Source: Candidatus Nitrotoga sp. MKT
Lineage (GTDB): Bacteria > Pseudomonadota > Gammaproteobacteria > Burkholderiales > Gallionellaceae
Assembly: GCA_003402345.1 (NCBI GenBank)
Contig: QFXH01000010.1
Coordinates: forward strand, 5,409-69,408
DNA: 64,000 nt
Direction: 5' to 3'
Shown: positions 60,979-64,000 of the stretch, piece by piece
Layout: each line of letters begins with the position of its first letter
How positions within the stretch are numbered: the stretch's first letter is position 1
Translations under genes and position numbers: made by a program
The notes under the pieces: generated by a model
Databases searched by the model: none
The model's input: only the letters and a program-made list of their open reading frames with translations
Told to the model about the DNA's origin: nothing

Positions 60979-62580
60979 ATGCGCCCCTTGTTTCGACACG
61001 CCACACTTGCTACCGTCCTCCTCTTTGTGGCATTCACCGTCCACGCCAAGACCGCCAACGAAATTTATGAACAGGCCGCAAGAAGTACGGTCGTCGTGGA
61101 AAATATCGGCGATAAGGAGAAAATCCATGCAATGGGTAGTGGCGTCGTACTTGCCGACGGATATGTAGTGACCAATTGCCACGTTGTCAAAGGCGCCAGC
61201 CAGCTCAAGGTACGCATCGGGGCCAAGGAGCACTCGGCTACTCTGCGCTATTCCGACTGGGATCGGGATGTATGCTCCCTCAGCATCGCGGGCCTTGGCG
61301 CCTCGGCTGTCGTGGTCGGCAGCACCAAAACGCTCAAAGTCGGTGCGAAGGTCTATGCCATCGGCGCCCCCAAGGGCCTCGAACTCACGCTCTCGGACGG
61401 CATCGTCTCCAGCCTGCGCGAGGTCGAAGGCGGCCACTACATCCAGACCACCGCCGCCATCTCGCCCGGCTCCAGCGGTGGCGGACTGTTCGATGAGAAC
61501 GGCGAGCTGGTGGGGCTGACAACTTTCTATCTCACGGAGGGGCAAAATCTCAATTTCGCCGTACCCATCGAATGGGTGAAAGACCTCGCCAAACGCAGCA
61601 CCACGGCATCGGCAGTCGCGCAACCCGTGACACAGTGGCTGAACAAAGTCATTGAATTGGAAAGCCGCAAGGACTGGCCAGCTATGCTCGAACACAGCAG
61701 TCGCTGGACGAAGGCGCAGCCTAGCAATAGCATGGCGTGGTACAGCCTAGGCTTCGCCTACGCCAAGGCCGGTCAGTCCACCAAGGCCATCGAAGCCTAC
61801 CAGCAGGCCCTGCGCATCAACCCGGAATATGAAGGTGCATGGAACAGCCTGGGCAACGCCTACGCCAAGGCCGGTCAGTCTACCAAGGCCATCGAAGCCT
61901 ACCAGCAGGCCCTGCGCATCAACCCGGAAGATGCCGATACATGGAACAGCCTGGGCAACGCCTACGCCAAGGCCGGTCAGTCCACCAAGGCCATCGAAGC
62001 CTACCAGCAGGCCCTGCGCATCAATCCGGAACATGCCGATGCATGGAACAACCTGGGCAACGCCTACGGTATGGACGGTCAGTCTGCCAAAGCCATCGAA
62101 GCCTACCAGCAGGCCCTGCGCATCAACCCGGAAGATGCCGATGCATGGAACAACCTGGGCGTCACCTACCTTAATACTAGCCAGACCACCAAGGCCATCG
62201 AAGCCTGTCAGCAGGCCCTGCGCATCAATCCGGAATATGCCGATGCATGAAACAACCTGGGCAACGCCTACGGTATGGACGGTCAGTCTGCCAAAGCCAT
62301 CGAAGCCTACCAGCAGGCCCTACGCATCAACCCGGAATATGCCGGGGTGTGGTACAACCTGGGTTCCGTCTACGATGACGTTGGTCAGCCCGCCAAGGCC
62401 ATCGAAGCCTTCCAACATGCCCTGCGCATCAATCCGGAATATGCCATGGCGTGGAACAACCTGGGCGTGGCCTACGCACGGTCAGGGCAGCGTGACAAGG
62501 TGCTCGAAGTCTACAAGCGGCTCAAGACACTTGACCCTGCGCGCGCGGAACGCTTCTTCAAAGCGGCAGTGATCCCCTGA
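60979..62580 (+). pseudogene. exported trypsin-like serine protease with 8 TPRs, interrupted by in-frame TGA at 62248-62250
   Basis: TNCHV, D.C, ISPGSSGGGL triad; the frame continues after TGA with NNLGNAY. Confidence 0.85.
61729..62544 (+). repeat. eight tandem 102-bp TPR-coding repeats
   Basis: AAGGCCATCGAAGCCTACCAGCAGGCCCTGCGCATCAA core recurs every 102 bp; last repeat divergent. Confidence 0.9.
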
Positions 62581-62872
62581 TGTTCTAGCACAGTGACATC
62601 GGACAAAGCGCAGAAGGCAAAAACCCGCCCTCTGCTTTAGCTCCGTTGCCCAGTGTGTTCGCTCTGTTGCCGCCGCACGTTTCACCACTGCGCACCTAGC
62701 GAAAGCCCCCTCGCAAGGCGCTTGCGATTCGCAGGCGGCTGGCGGTGGTCAACTGGCCGTACAGCGCCCGTTCGATACTGTGCAAGGCGTTATGGTTATA
62801 CTGCCTTTGTCTTCTGTTCCCCGCCCGCCCAGGGGCTCCCTAAGAGCACTGATGCGTAGGCTTTCATTCAGC

Positions 62873-62957
62873 TTGACTGAGCCTGCGGATGACGCATATA
62901 GTTTACCTAACAATACCCGCCACGCCTCTGATTCAAGCGTACCCCGGCGGGTTTTTT
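62873..62957 (+). ncRNA. promoter plus abiF-like hairpin RNA
   Basis: TTGACT-18 bp-TATAGT, then CCCGCC-ACGC-loop-GCGT-ACCCC-GGCGGG-T6. Confidence 0.55.
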
Positions 62958-62967
62958 ATTCCCGCGT

Positions 62968-63000
62968 TCTCGTGGATTGACCATCCCGGATGAAGCCCGC
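62968..63000 (+). pseudogene. 11-codon relic of an Abi (AbiF/AbiD, Abi_2) gene N-terminus
   Basis: Translates SRGLTIPDEAR, matching the RGLxIxDE motif of Abi-family N-termini. Confidence 0.55.
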
Positions 63001-63037
63001 ACCGGCGCGATTAAGACCTGCTGTAACTGATATGACG

Positions 63038-63403
63038 CTATGCCATCGCCTTGCCTCGTGTGCCGGTTAGCTTGGTAGATGCGGTGCGCGCCTTTGCTGC
63101 TGGCTGTTGAGCGATGTGATCGAGCAATACGGGCGGGCGGTTGGGGAAGCGTGCGACCAGGTCGAGTTCGCCGCCCATTGCCTGAACATAGCGGCGCAGT
63201 GTGGAGAGTAGCAAGTCGCTACGGCGTTCAATGCGCGAGATCGTGTCCTGTCCTACCCCAAGGCTCGCGGCGAGGTCTTGTTGGGTGTGTTCAACGGCCA
63301 AGCGCAAGTCCTTGAGCGTTGCCAGTTCACCCGCGCGCTGTTCCACTTTTGCGCGACGCTTGGGCGGCAGCGCAGCCAACACATCATTTAGATTTTTTGC
63401 CAT
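63038..63403 (-). CDS. XRE-family HTH antitoxin (HigA-like)
   Basis: LKDLR......Q..LA..LGV.Q..ISRIERRSDLLLSTLRRYV.AMGG.L. Confidence 0.88.
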   Translation of the reverse strand: MAKNLNDVLAALPPKRRAKVEQRAGELATLKDLRLAVEHTQQDLAASLGVGQDTISRIERRSDLLLSTLRRYVQAMGGELDLVARFPNRPPVLLDHIAQQPAAKARTASTKLTGTRGKAMA

Positions 63404-63788
63404 GATTTTTCTCCTTTACTTGCTTTGAAATGCTGGTGGTTTTGAGCGTAGCCAGATGCCCGTCAAATCTTGCATCGGCGCTGGCAATCAGCTTTTTATA
63501 GAATCGCCGCTGATCTGCGCCACCCTTGTCGCCGCCCACCAGCAGGATTGCTGCGCGTTCGGTATCAAATGCGAAAGCCACCCGCCATACCCCGCCTTCA
63601 CAATCAAAACGCAACTCTTTCATATTCGCGTGCTTCGAGCCTTTGAGCGTATCTACCGTTGGCCTGCCCAAGTGTGGGCCGAATTCCTGAAGGAGCCGGG
63701 CGTGAGCGAGCAACTCATCCTGGAGCGCGCCACCCATCGCCTGAAACTCGGCGTGAAAGTCATCGTGAAAGAGTACGTTCCAAGGCAT
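63384..63788 (-). CDS. RelE/ParE-family toxin (HigB-like, toxin-first)
   Basis: L...GP.LGRP.VDTL.GS...NMKELR......WR..FAFD..R.AILL.GGDK. Confidence 0.9.
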   Translation of the reverse strand: MPWNVLFHDDFHAEFQAMGGALQDELLAHARLLQEFGPHLGRPTVDTLKGSKHANMKELRFDCEGGVWRVAFAFDTERAAILLVGGDKGGADQRRFYKKLIASADARFDGHLATLKTTSISKQVKEKNHGKKSK

Positions 63789-63915
63789 GAGCGGATTATG
63801 TTCTTAAAGACATATTATTTCAAGGTGGCCGTGACGGTGCATTGCTTCAAGATAAAAGGTTAACGAAGGGATACTTACTCGACCACGACCACCGTAAGGC
63901 AGACACATCAAATGT

Positions 63916-63936
63916 CCCACCCAGAATCCCACCCAA
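63916..63936. repeat. right-end copy of the 21-bp repeat
   Basis: CCCACCCAGAATCCCACCCAA, identical to 52987-53007. Confidence 0.85.
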
Positions 63937-64000
63937 GCTAAAGAATTGCTAAATGCAGCGGTTTGGAGTGATGCCTAAAGCCTAGTATTTGCGTGTCTTC

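Larger units (their letters stand above)
52936..63936 (+). mobile_element. integrative capsid-less satellite/PICI-like element, about 11 kb; boundaries approximate, right att core may lie beyond the window
   Basis: Integrase-AlpA-primase core, identical 21-mer at both ends, cargo genes, TA pair. Confidence 0.85.

Noticed and set aside
62248-62250. Selenocysteine recoding of the TGA
   Set aside because: The position is a conserved Trp, not Cys, and no SECIS-like hairpin is evident
61729-62544. Diversity-generating retroelement template/variable repeats, or CRISPR
   Set aside because: No reverse transcriptase; differences are not adenine-specific; the repeats are in-frame TPR codons
60946-62572. 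Long alternative-frame and antisense ORFs (60946-61695 minus, 61829-62572 plus)
   Set aside because: Shadows of a GC-rich repetitive gene with no protein-like features

Overview
This is a chromosomal window from a betaproteobacterium. Gene content and order fit Gallionellaceae or Nitrosomonadales; that is inference, not a database result. (1) 1-9.8 kb: housekeeping genes (thiL, pgpA, nuclease, lpxH, two cyclophilins, TPR protein, glnS, cysS, nsrR). (2) 10-34 kb: an envelope island with a delta-60/DUF5648 surface protein, a secreted GGCT-like protein, and a minus-strand run. That run is an Xps-type T2SS (gspE-F-G-H-I-J-K-L-M-C/N-D), a lipoprotein, a probable S-layer protein, an Ig-like secreted protein, a PpiC foldase, Wzm/Wzt and a radical SAM/SPASM enzyme. 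It looks like a dedicated S-layer export and glycosylation system. (3) 34-52.9 kb: core genes (prmA, accCB, aroQ, tkt-gap-pgk-pyk-fba, rlmI, xerC, dapF, TauE, EVE), interrupted by a degenerate PIN toxin-antitoxin (TA) pair, an eroded IS110 and a HicAB pair. (4) 52.9-64 kb: a capsid-less integrative element of about 11 kb, satellite/PICI-like. It carries a P4-type integrase, AlpA, a split primase with iterons, four small genes each with an R-h-x-x-h-E trimerization motif, secreted cargo, a trypsin-TPR gene broken by one TGA, an orphan abiF-like RNA whose Abi gene is almost fully deleted, and a HigBA-like TA pair. No tRNA, rRNA or CRISPR array was seen. All family assignments come from motif recognition by eye, not from searches.
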